Assembly: GCA_947478005.1 (NCBI GenBank)
Contig: CANJVG010000001.1
Location: 17,832-81,831 of the forward strand
Direction: 5' to 3'
DNA: 64,000 nucleotides
Source: Bacteroidota bacterium
GTDB lineage: Bacteria; Bacteroidota; Bacteroidia; Chitinophagales; LD1
The position numbers and the translations under genes are program-made. Under the pieces are notes generated by a model. The model was not told the DNA's origin and made no database searches. It worked only from the letters and a program-made list of their open reading frames with translations. Each line of letters opens with the position of its first letter. The first letter of the stretch is position 1. Below, in pieces: positions 8,894 through 16,791 of this stretch.

Positions 8894-11386
8894 ATGAAGA
8901 ACCTATTGCGCTCGGTTGTATTGTCTTCTGTCTTGTGTCTAATGTCTTTTGTCTCTCACGCGCAGTGGGTGAGTATTCCCGATACGAATTTTGGGACGTG
9001 GTTGAATACAAATAACTATAGTCAATGCTTGCAAGGAAATAGCACGGTAGGCTGGCAGATGGATACGACATGTGATGCTGTAATACATGCCGCCATTGTT
9101 GGTGTGAGTGGTCAAAATATTCATGATCTTTTTGGTATTCAATATTTTGACGAGCTTACTTCCCTTCTTTGTGCACATAATAATCTAACTTTCTTACCTC
9201 CACTTCCTAAAACATTATATTACTTAGATTACCGTTCAAACAATATAACTTCCTTTCCAACTCTATCCGATAGTTTGCTGTATCTATACTGTCTATCCAA
9301 CAATATTAGCTTATTGCCTTCCCTTCCAAGTGGTCTGATTGATTTTAATTGTAGTAATAATCATCTTACCACCTTGCCTCCTTTGCCAAATAATTTGAGA
9401 TGGCTCTCATGTAGTGAAAACCTCCTTCACACACTTCCAACCTTACCAAATTCTATCGAGTATTTAACCGTTTGGGGTAATCCACTTGGGAATAGTTTAC
9501 AGTTGCCTCCACATTTAATCGACCTTTATTGCGGTTACGACTCTTTAACCGTTTTACCCTCCTTGCCGATAACATTGCGCTTTCTTCGTTGTGATGGCAA
9601 TCAGTTATCTCAATTACCTCCTTTGCCCGATAGCTTGTATTATTTAAACTGCATTGGTAATCAATTGACCTCATTGCCGGTTTTGCCTGATAGTTTAAGA
9701 GTATTGGATTGTGTGGGTAACAACCTCACAACGCTGCCTAGCTTGCCCAATCATCTTTATTTTATTGTGGCCGACTATAATCAATTAAGTTCCTTGCCTG
9801 ACCTGCCTGATTCTTTAACGTCTTTCTACTGCAGAGACAATCCCAATCTTTTCTGTTTGCCTAGGCTTAAAAAAATTAGGGAGTTCTATTTCACTAACAC
9901 CGGCATTACCTGTTTGCCTAATTATCCTCAATCGAATACTTTGAGTATCCCTTCTTTAAATACAGTTCCACTTTGCGATATTTTCAATATACATAGTTGC
10001 GAGGTTTACTGGAACATCAGCGGTAAGGTTTACATAGATAGTAATGCAAATTGTTTGAATGACGTGGGTGACCGCGCCTTTTCGAATTTTAAAGTTCAGC
10101 TTTATCAAAATGGAATCATGCAACAGCTACAGAATACACTGGAGGACGGCTCCTATTCTTTCGTTACTGGCTTAGGCACGTATGCTTATTCTTTAGATAC
10201 AGCCAATTTTCCGTTTGTTTTAGCCTGCCCCGATAGTGGCTATTATACTTCAGTCATTTCCGCGCTCGATTCTTTTGATACCGATATGGATTTCGGTTTG
10301 CATTGCAAACCAGGTTTTGATTTGGTGGCTCAAAGTATTTCAGCTATTCGTTTTAGACCAGCCAATGTTACGACCATAAATATCTCCGCTGGAGATGCCA
10401 CCAATTTCTACAATGCCCACTGTGCAGCAGGCACAAGCGGCAGTGTTCAATTAATCATAAATGGAGCAGCCCATTATGCCTCTGCTGCAAGCGGAGCGCT
10501 TATACCTACAAGCATTGTAAACGATACCATCACCTGGAGCATTGCAGATTTTGGTGCGGTTAATTTCTTTACAGCTTTCAATATCAATGTAGCTACCGAT
10601 ACTACGGCTGTTTTAGGTTCGCAGATTTGCTTTACCCTAACAGTAAACCCCATTGCCGGAGATAATAACCCTGCCAATAATATTCTTACCCATTGCTTCA
10701 CGGTAGTTGGTTCCTTCGACCCTAATGAGAAAGAAGTGTACCCCGCAGGCAATATAGATACCGCTACCCATTGGCTTACCTACACCATCCATTTCCAAAA
10801 CACCGGCACAGCCGAGGCGCAGCATATCTACCTAACCGATACGCTCGATAGTAATATAGATGCCGCCAGCTTTCAGCTACTCGCCTACAGCCACCAACCC
10901 ATGGTTCAGCTAAAAGGCAACAACCTCCGCTTCAACTTCACCAACATCAACCTCCCCGACAGCAACACCAATGAAGCAGCGAGCCACAGTTATGTTCAAT
11001 ACAAAGTCAAACTAAAAGACAACCTACCCCTCGGCACCAATATAACCAACACAGCCTTTATCTATTTCGATTTTAATAGTCCGGTGGTTACGAATACTAC
11101 GAGCAATACCATTGCTTTGGCAACAAGCGTTGCTAATCTCGGAATTCGGAATGCGGATTTCGGATTGAATCCAAATCCCGCTACTGAGTCGGTTAGAATA
11201 TCTATCGATGAAAGTATGATTGGCAGCAATCTTACGATCACCGACCTGACAGGAAGAGAAGTATTGCATTCGGCTGTTCAAATCCGCAATCCGCAATTCG
11301 ACATCCGCAATCTATCCCCTGGCGTTTACTTCGTAACTCTCGAAAACAAAACCGGGAGAGTGACGAAGAAACTCGTGAAGCAGTAA
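8894..11386 (+). CDS. Secreted leucine-rich-repeat protein with a T9SS type A C-terminal sorting domain
   Basis: Signal peptide, then twelve consecutive exact 20-residue LRRs (LxxLxCxxNxLTxLPxLPxx, aa 88-327). A beta-sandwich region follows (FDPNEKEV...YTIHFQNTGTAEAQHIYLTDTLD). The C-terminus NPNPATESVRISI...GVYFVTLENKTGRVTKKLVKQ is typical of T9SS CTDs. Confidence 0.85.
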   Translation: MKNLLRSVVLSSVLCLMSFVSHAQWVSIPDTNFGTWLNTNNYSQCLQGNSTVGWQMDTTCDAVIHAAIVGVSGQNIHDLFGIQYFDELTSLLCAHNNLTFLPPLPKTLYYLDYRSNNITSFPTLSDSLLYLYCLSNNISLLPSLPSGLIDFNCSNNHLTTLPPLPNNLRWLSCSENLLHTLPTLPNSIEYLTVWGNPLGNSLQLPPHLIDLYCGYDSLTVLPSLPITLRFLRCDGNQLSQLPPLPDSLYYLNCIGNQLTSLPVLPDSLRVLDCVGNNLTTLPSLPNHLYFIVADYNQLSSLPDLPDSLTSFYCRDNPNLFCLPRLKKIREFYFTNTGITCLPNYPQSNTLSIPSLNTVPLCDIFNIHSCEVYWNISGKVYIDSNANCLNDVGDRAFSNFKVQLYQNGIMQQLQNTLEDGSYSFVTGLGTYAYSLDTANFPFVLACPDSGYYTSVISALDSFDTDMDFGLHCKPGFDLVAQSISAIRFRPANVTTINISAGDATNFYNAHCAAGTSGSVQLIINGAAHYASAASGALIPTSIVNDTITWSIADFGAVNFFTAFNINVATDTTAVLGSQICFTLTVNPIAGDNNPANNILTHCFTVVGSFDPNEKEVYPAGNIDTATHWLTYTIHFQNTGTAEAQHIYLTDTLDSNIDAASFQLLAYSHQPMVQLKGNNLRFNFTNINLPDSNTNEAASHSYVQYKVKLKDNLPLGTNITNTAFIYFDFNSPVVTNTTSNTIALATSVANLGIRNADFGLNPNPATESVRISIDESMIGSNLTITDLTGREVLHSAVQIRNPQFDIRNLSPGVYFVTLENKTGRVTKKLVKQ

Positions 11387-11395
11387 GGCTATCTA

Positions 11396-12364
11396 TTATC
11401 TGCGCAGCACCTTCTCCTCCTCCCCAAAATCCAGTCCCGAGCCTTTAAGTTCCTCAATCTTGCTCAGGTATTTGGCTACAAACTTTTTGTGCGCTTCGCT
11501 TTTGGCATTGCGCGGGCGGTGGCGCGCTGCGGCTGTTATTTCTTCTATATCCTTATTGGTTTCGGTGGTCTTTTTATCAAAATAAGTTTTGGCAAAACTG
11601 TCCCACACATAGTTGGTTGCCTGATAATTGGGGTGCAGCATATCTTCGGCAAAAAACCGATAGTCGCGCAGGTCGTCCATCACGAGCTCGTAGGCCGGGA
11701 AATAGTCGAGCTTAAAGTCTTCAATCAAGCCATGAAGAGCCGTAAACAAATGCGCCTTGCTCACACTGTTTTCGTAATGCCCGAAAGCAAAATATCGCAC
11801 AGGGCTGATGGTGGCTAGAATGCGAACCTCCGGATTTATCTTGCGCAGATTCGAAATAGATTCGGTCATGACCCGGCTTATATCACCGGGAGAAAGCATA
11901 AACCGCTCAAACTGATTGCCCGAAAGTTTATGACAGTTGGAAACCGTTTTCTGATTGCTGAGCAAACTAAAAGCATGGGCTGTGCCGAAGGTAAGAAACA
12001 GCACATCGGCTTCCTTCAAGGCCTTCGAGGCAATCTCCAGATTGGAGTTAATCACCTCCAGCGTTTCCTTCTCGGTGCTGCGCGAAAAACTACCATGATG
12101 GTCGAAACTGTGAAACAACTCATCGTGATACACCAAATCTTTTTCGGTGTAAGGCACCGGCTCAAGCAGGCGGTTAATGGCAGTGGCAATAGAAGCGGGA
12201 TTGTATTGCTGCCCAAACGGATTGATATTGATATCGAACTTATACTCCTGAAATTTCTTGCCGATGTTTTCCGAAAAGCAGGAGCCAATGCTCACGAGCT
12301 TATGGGCATGGTTAATCTGGAAAGAAGCCTTATCGGGTGCTACAACCGTGCGGAAGTTTTTCAT
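11396..12364 (-). CDS. GSCFA-domain protein
   Basis: Contains the eponymous IGSCFSENIG motif near the N-terminus. The 322-aa length is consistent with the GSCFA family. Confidence 0.8.
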   Translation of the reverse strand: MKNFRTVVAPDKASFQINHAHKLVSIGSCFSENIGKKFQEYKFDININPFGQQYNPASIATAINRLLEPVPYTEKDLVYHDELFHSFDHHGSFSRSTEKETLEVINSNLEIASKALKEADVLFLTFGTAHAFSLLSNQKTVSNCHKLSGNQFERFMLSPGDISRVMTESISNLRKINPEVRILATISPVRYFAFGHYENSVSKAHLFTALHGLIEDFKLDYFPAYELVMDDLRDYRFFAEDMLHPNYQATNYVWDSFAKTYFDKKTTETNKDIEEITAAARHRPRNAKSEAHKKFVAKYLSKIEELKGSGLDFGEEEKVLRR

Positions 12365-12446
12365 GGGTGCATAATTGTTGATTGGTTAATCAGCGATTTG
12401 TAGATTAGTAAAAGACAACCAGTCCGCTAATCCACCAATCACCAAT

Positions 12447-13328
12447 CTACTGGTTCTCTATTTTCGGCTTTTTCATATTCAGCAATCTGCGCCATTTGCT
12501 GCGGTCAGTATCGTGGTCGCGTATATCAAACAGCTTTTTGAATTCAGCCAACAAAGCTTTTTCCACTTTCTTTTTCATCAAATCCTGTGTGTGCTCGTCA
12601 TCAAACATGGCCTTGTATTTAGCCGTTGAAATGCGCTTACCAAAACTGAAGTAAAGCTTAGCGGGTCGCGGAATAATAGTGTCGCCAATGCCGCGCACTA
12701 CGGGGGGCATCAGCTCACCGTTCTTAAAATACTTCTCCGCCACACCAATAAATTTTAGAAACTTTCCGAAAGGCGAATTCAGAATATCGTTTGAATCCTT
12801 CACCACCGTATAAGTCTCCTCCGCTCCCACTGCTGCCACGGGTATAATATCGTAGCCGTGCTCCATAGCCAGCCTTACAAAACCCTTGCGGTCCTGCCAT
12901 TTCAAAATATACTCCTCTCCTTTCTTCTTACAAATTTCGCGCGTCCCCCCGGGAAAAACAATAATGCTGTCCTTGCGCTTCATCAGCGAATGGCAGTTCG
13001 CCCTCGATGCCTCTACCACCCCCAGATTGTCCTTCACTATTTCACTCCACACGGGTATTTTAAAATGATTGCTATCGGCCAGCGCGCGCAAAATCACACC
13101 TTTCCGCAAATACAATTCTATGGCAAATGGAAAGCCATCATGGATGCCTAATATGGTATGATTCGAAACATACAGAGCCGGTCTAGAAACATCGAGCTCA
13201 TCGATACCATAAAACTGTGGGGCGAAATAAAATTTGAAAGGCGCAATAAACATGCGCGCAAAGGTTTTGGAAGGTGGAGTGAAATCGAATCCATCATCGT
13301 GCTTTTTGTTGCTTACTCGCTTTGCCAT
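12447..13328 (-). CDS. Lysophospholipid/glycerolipid acyltransferase family protein (PlsC-like)
   Basis: SNHTILGIHDG (acyltransferase His/Asp block) and VFPGGTRE (block III-like FPEGTR). Confidence 0.75.
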   Translation of the reverse strand: MAKRVSNKKHDDGFDFTPPSKTFARMFIAPFKFYFAPQFYGIDELDVSRPALYVSNHTILGIHDGFPFAIELYLRKGVILRALADSNHFKIPVWSEIVKDNLGVVEASRANCHSLMKRKDSIIVFPGGTREICKKKGEEYILKWQDRKGFVRLAMEHGYDIIPVAAVGAEETYTVVKDSNDILNSPFGKFLKFIGVAEKYFKNGELMPPVVRGIGDTIIPRPAKLYFSFGKRISTAKYKAMFDDEHTQDLMKKKVEKALLAEFKKLFDIRDHDTDRSKWRRLLNMKKPKIENQ

Positions 13329-13395
13329 TTTTCTAAAATTAGTTTGGTGCGGTAAATGTAAATTCTATTTTAGTTTTCAATCTGAACAATATTCT

Positions 13396-13836
13396 ATGAA
13401 AAAGAAAAGCACCAAACCGGTTATCGTAAAAATCTCTGCCGAAGCATTAGACAAAAACGGATACCACATCTTCTTAACTACCAAACTAAACGACAAAAAA
13501 TGTCGGTTCCTTATTGATACCGGGGCCTCCCATTCAGTAATAGACAAAACTTATTTTGAAAAGAAACTGAACGAGAAGAAACTTAAAACAGTGAAGCAAT
13601 CTACCACAGGTCTCCACAGCTCGACCACCGAATCGCATTACGGCAAAATTAAAACCTGGGCTCTCGGCAGTTTTGTAATCAAGAGTTTCACTTTTGCGGC
13701 TATTGATTTAGGTCATGTAAACAATACGTATAAATCGCTGGGGAAGCCAAAAATACAGGGCATCCTGGGCTCCGATGTTTTGGTGAAGTATAAAGCGATT
13801 ATTGATTACGGCAAGCTGGAACTTATCTTCGGATAA
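13396..13836 (+). CDS. Retropepsin-like (clan AA) aspartic protease, stand-alone, 146 aa
   Basis: FLIDTGASHSVID contains the D-T-G-A active-site signature. GILGSDVL resembles the second conserved retropepsin block. I chose the ATG at 13396 because the track's 13234 start would overlap the divergent acyltransferase gene. Confidence 0.7.
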   Translation: MKKKSTKPVIVKISAEALDKNGYHIFLTTKLNDKKCRFLIDTGASHSVIDKTYFEKKLNEKKLKTVKQSTTGLHSSTTESHYGKIKTWALGSFVIKSFTFAAIDLGHVNNTYKSLGKPKIQGILGSDVLVKYKAIIDYGKLELIFG

Positions 13837-13845
13837 GAAGGTGCT

Positions 13846-14154
13846 TTATTTAGGATAGCAGTAGTAATCTTCCAGCAGGTAGAAGTTTACGGCATCATTA
13901 AGCTTGCTTGGATTGTCACAAACACTTTTGTATTTATCAATCATCTTACAAGTGTAACCTTTTGCCTCATAGGCGGTCATCAAAGAATCAACGGCATAGT
14001 GTGTGACATCCTTAGTAGCACAAATCTTTGTCAACAGTCCGGTATTGCCGGCAGGTTGACAGTAGGCACAATACTGCTTACATTCCTGACATTTCTGGCA
14101 TGCCGAAACACTTAGCAGAAGCAAAAGGGCGATATAGAAAAACATCTTTTTCAT
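13846..14154 (-). CDS. Cys-rich small lipoprotein (hypothetical, 102 aa)
   Basis: MKKMFFYIALLLLLSVSAC lipobox, followed by CQKCQECKQYCAYC. I chose the internal ATG at 14154, which gives a proper signal peptide. Confidence 0.6.
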   Translation of the reverse strand: MKKMFFYIALLLLLSVSACQKCQECKQYCAYCQPAGNTGLLTKICATKDVTHYAVDSLMTAYEAKGYTCKMIDKYKSVCDNPSKLNDAVNFYLLEDYYCYPK

Positions 14155-14239
14155 AGTTACAGAACGCAATGTTGAAAAAATATTTTGATGAACTGTAAAT
14201 AAAACAACTTTATTTGCTGTCGCTAAAGGTGGTGAGTGT

Positions 14240-14400
14240 ATGTTACAATACATAAACCATAATAGGGAATCAGGTGTAAATCCTGAGTAGTACCCGCTGC
14301 TGTAAGCTCTTTCAAAGTTTCTATCTCACAAAGCCACTGATGCAAATCGGGAAGGCGATAGAAACAGAGTAAACCAGAAGACCTGCCTTCGGCGCAATTA
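14240..14400 (+). promoter_or_regulatory. Cobalamin (B12) riboswitch
   Basis: AATAGGGAATCAGGTGTAAATCCTGAGTAGTACCCGCTGCTGTAAG matches the conserved core GGGAA..GGTG.AAATCC...CCCGC.ACTGTAA. GCCACTG and GGGAAGGC are present, and the B12 box is AACCAGAAGACCTGCC at ~14372-14387. It lies directly upstream of a B12-transport-like operon. Confidence 0.9.
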
Positions 14401-14511
14401 TTTTCAAAGCTTTCGGGAAGAAAGGCTGAGAACTGGAACAGTGCACGGTTTCATTTCCCAATCTCATTTTCGTAGCTGAACACTTTTTTAAAACAAAAAA
14501 CACATTCAGCC

Positions 14512-15762
14512 ATGAAGAAATTCAACACAATGCTGTGCGCGATATTTTTCGCCACACAAATTTTCTCTCAAACAATTGCCGATTTCGAAAACCTCCAGCT
14601 CGCTCCTGACTCCTTTTGGAACGGCAGCGATTTAAGCGGAGAATTCAACAGCGGCAACGCCAGCTTTCCCAACAGTTATGATACTACTTATCAATCCTGG
14701 AGCGGTTTTACCTACAGCAATAAAAGGGATACCACTACTCCGGGCTATTTAAATCAATACAGCGCCATAACAGGAAGTGGTTATAACGGTTCAACTAACT
14801 ATGCTGTTGCTGATGAATACGGTAACACAAAGATTCGCCTCACAGGAAATGCTTCAGGAAAAATGGTAAAGGGCTTTTATATCACTAACGCTACTTATGC
14901 TTACTTAAGCATGAAAAGCGGAGACCAATTTGCCAAGAAGTTTGGCGGAGCTACGGGAACCGACCCCGATTGGTTGCAGTTAAGAGTGTTGGGTTGGTAT
15001 AACGGTGCTTTCAAGCAGCAGGCAGTAGATTTCTTTCTGGCCGATTTCCGTTCTGCCGACAGCACTCAGGATTATATAGTTCGCGACTGGACCTGGCTTG
15101 ACCTCCGCTCACTGGGGAATCTGGATAGTCTTACCTTCCAACTTTCATCTTCAGACACAGCCTTCGGATACATGAACACTCCGGCCTACTTTGCACTGGA
15201 TAATTTCACTACCATGGACACTGCCTATGCTCAGCCTTCAGCAAATGATGACGAAGTAAGTATCGATAATAACGTTGATACTCTAATTTCCGTTCTTGCC
15301 AACGATGCAGGATTAGTACTAAACCCATTAACCGTAGAATTGATTGGATCGCCTCAAGTGGCCGGTTCAACCGATTCTGTGATTAACGGCCAAATCCTTT
15401 ATACCCCGGCTGCTGGCTTCATTGGTGTAGATACACTTTTCTATAGAGTATGTGATGATTTATACGCCTGTGACAACGCTCGAGTAATCGTTCATGTGAC
15501 CGGCATTAACGCAATATACAGCTTGCAGGAAATCGAGACTAAAATTTTCCCGAATCCCTTCACTAACACTATTTCGATTAGTTCATCTGTTTCAATAAAG
15601 GGCCTTGAACTATACAACTTAGAGGGAACTCTGGTAGCCAAGTCCTCTTCAGAAGATAAAAATGAAATCAAGCTTAATACCCAAGATTTTCCATCAGGAG
15701 TCTATTTTCTAAAGATAATATCCGACACCGGAATTTATTTGAACAAAGTCGTTAAACAATAG
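14512..15762 (+). CDS. Surface protein (DUF4465-like N-terminal domain plus cadherin/Ig-like region) with a T9SS type A CTD
   Basis: Signal peptide, then N-terminal domain FWNGSDLSG...QSWSGFTYSNKRD...YFALDNF. ANDDEVSIDNNVDTLISVLANDAG is a cadherin-like repeat. C-terminus: FPNPFTNTISIS...GVYFLKIISDTGIYLNKVVKQ. It is the first gene after the B12 riboswitch. Confidence 0.8.
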   Translation: MKKFNTMLCAIFFATQIFSQTIADFENLQLAPDSFWNGSDLSGEFNSGNASFPNSYDTTYQSWSGFTYSNKRDTTTPGYLNQYSAITGSGYNGSTNYAVADEYGNTKIRLTGNASGKMVKGFYITNATYAYLSMKSGDQFAKKFGGATGTDPDWLQLRVLGWYNGAFKQQAVDFFLADFRSADSTQDYIVRDWTWLDLRSLGNLDSLTFQLSSSDTAFGYMNTPAYFALDNFTTMDTAYAQPSANDDEVSIDNNVDTLISVLANDAGLVLNPLTVELIGSPQVAGSTDSVINGQILYTPAAGFIGVDTLFYRVCDDLYACDNARVIVHVTGINAIYSLQEIETKIFPNPFTNTISISSSVSIKGLELYNLEGTLVAKSSSEDKNEIKLNTQDFPSGVYFLKIISDTGIYLNKVVKQ

Positions 15763-15774
15763 TCGCTGTTGAAC

Positions 15775-16791
15775 ATGAAAATGCAACGCTCAACAAAACA
15801 AAGATTTCGCTTGTTCCTGCTACTGGGATGGAGCGTTGCGTTTTGTTTTCCTGCTAACGCCCAATTTGCCCCGGCTGCTGACATGCCTGGCACAACGGCC
15901 ATATCCAAAGACTCAGCAGTGTTTGTTGAATGGGCAAACGGATGTGTAATCCAACGAGGCTACGTAGATATTGCTAAACCCGATTCGGGTTATACAAGTG
16001 TGGGAGACGTAAACTCCGCCATAGGGATGGCAGGGCAAAACGGAGCCGTAAGTTTAGGCGATGGAGGAACTGCTACACTTACCTTTCCAAATCCGGTTTA
16101 TAATGGCCCTGGTTTTGATTTTGCCGTTTTCGAAAATGGATTCTACACCGGCAGCCCGCTTGCGTTTCTTGAATTTGCCTTTGTAGAAGTAAGCAGTGAT
16201 GGGAATAATTTCGTTCGATTCCCTGCTACTTCAAACATTCAGGATACCACACAAATACCAATGACAGGGGTAGATTGTTCCTTGGTGAATAACCTGGCCG
16301 GCAAATATGTTTTTGGTTATGGCACCCCTTTCGATTTAGAGGAACTGAAGAATGAAATCGGATTGGACGTAAACCACATCACACATATCAGACTAATTGA
16401 TGTGGTAGGGTCAATCAACAACCAATTTGCAAGTCATGACCAATTCGGGAAGAAAATAAACGACCCTTATCCAACTCCGTTTCCTTCCAGCGGTTTTGAT
16501 TTGGATGCAGTGGGCGTTATCAATCAAGTAGGTACCACATCAATAGAAGAAGCAACAGTTGATGGATATCTGTTTACGATCTATCCTAATCCGGCTACGC
16601 ATGGTTATGTAAATTTGAAAGTAAGCGATGCTTTTGTTGGCAGTAAACTGAAAGTATTTGACGTTACCGGAAGAACCACAAACGAAATTCGCATCTCAAA
16701 TGTAAAGAGCAGACTACCTACAGCAAACTGGCAACCGGGCATTTACTTTCTCTCTATAGGAATCCAAACCTCTAAGATTGTAATCGAATGA
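15775..16791 (+). CDS. Secreted hypothetical protein with a T9SS type A CTD (B12 operon member)
   Basis: Signal peptide ending ...FPANAQ. C-terminus: YPNPATHGYVNLKV...VFDVTGRTT...GIYFLSIGIQTSKIVIE. I prefer the ATG at 15775 to the track's TTG at 15769. Confidence 0.75.
   Translation: MKMQRSTKQRFRLFLLLGWSVAFCFPANAQFAPAADMPGTTAISKDSAVFVEWANGCVIQRGYVDIAKPDSGYTSVGDVNSAIGMAGQNGAVSLGDGGTATLTFPNPVYNGPGFDFAVFENGFYTGSPLAFLEFAFVEVSSDGNNFVRFPATSNIQDTTQIPMTGVDCSLVNNLAGKYVFGYGTPFDLEELKNEIGLDVNHITHIRLIDVVGSINNQFASHDQFGKKINDPYPTPFPSSGFDLDAVGVINQVGTTSIEEATVDGYLFTIYPNPATHGYVNLKVSDAFVGSKLKVFDVTGRTTNEIRISNVKSRLPTANWQPGIYFLSIGIQTSKIVIE

Noticed and set aside
14321-14503. 60-aa minus-strand ORF upstream of the B12 operon
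   Set aside because: It overlaps the cobalamin riboswitch and its expression platform, and the riboswitch interpretation explains the conservation-like features better.
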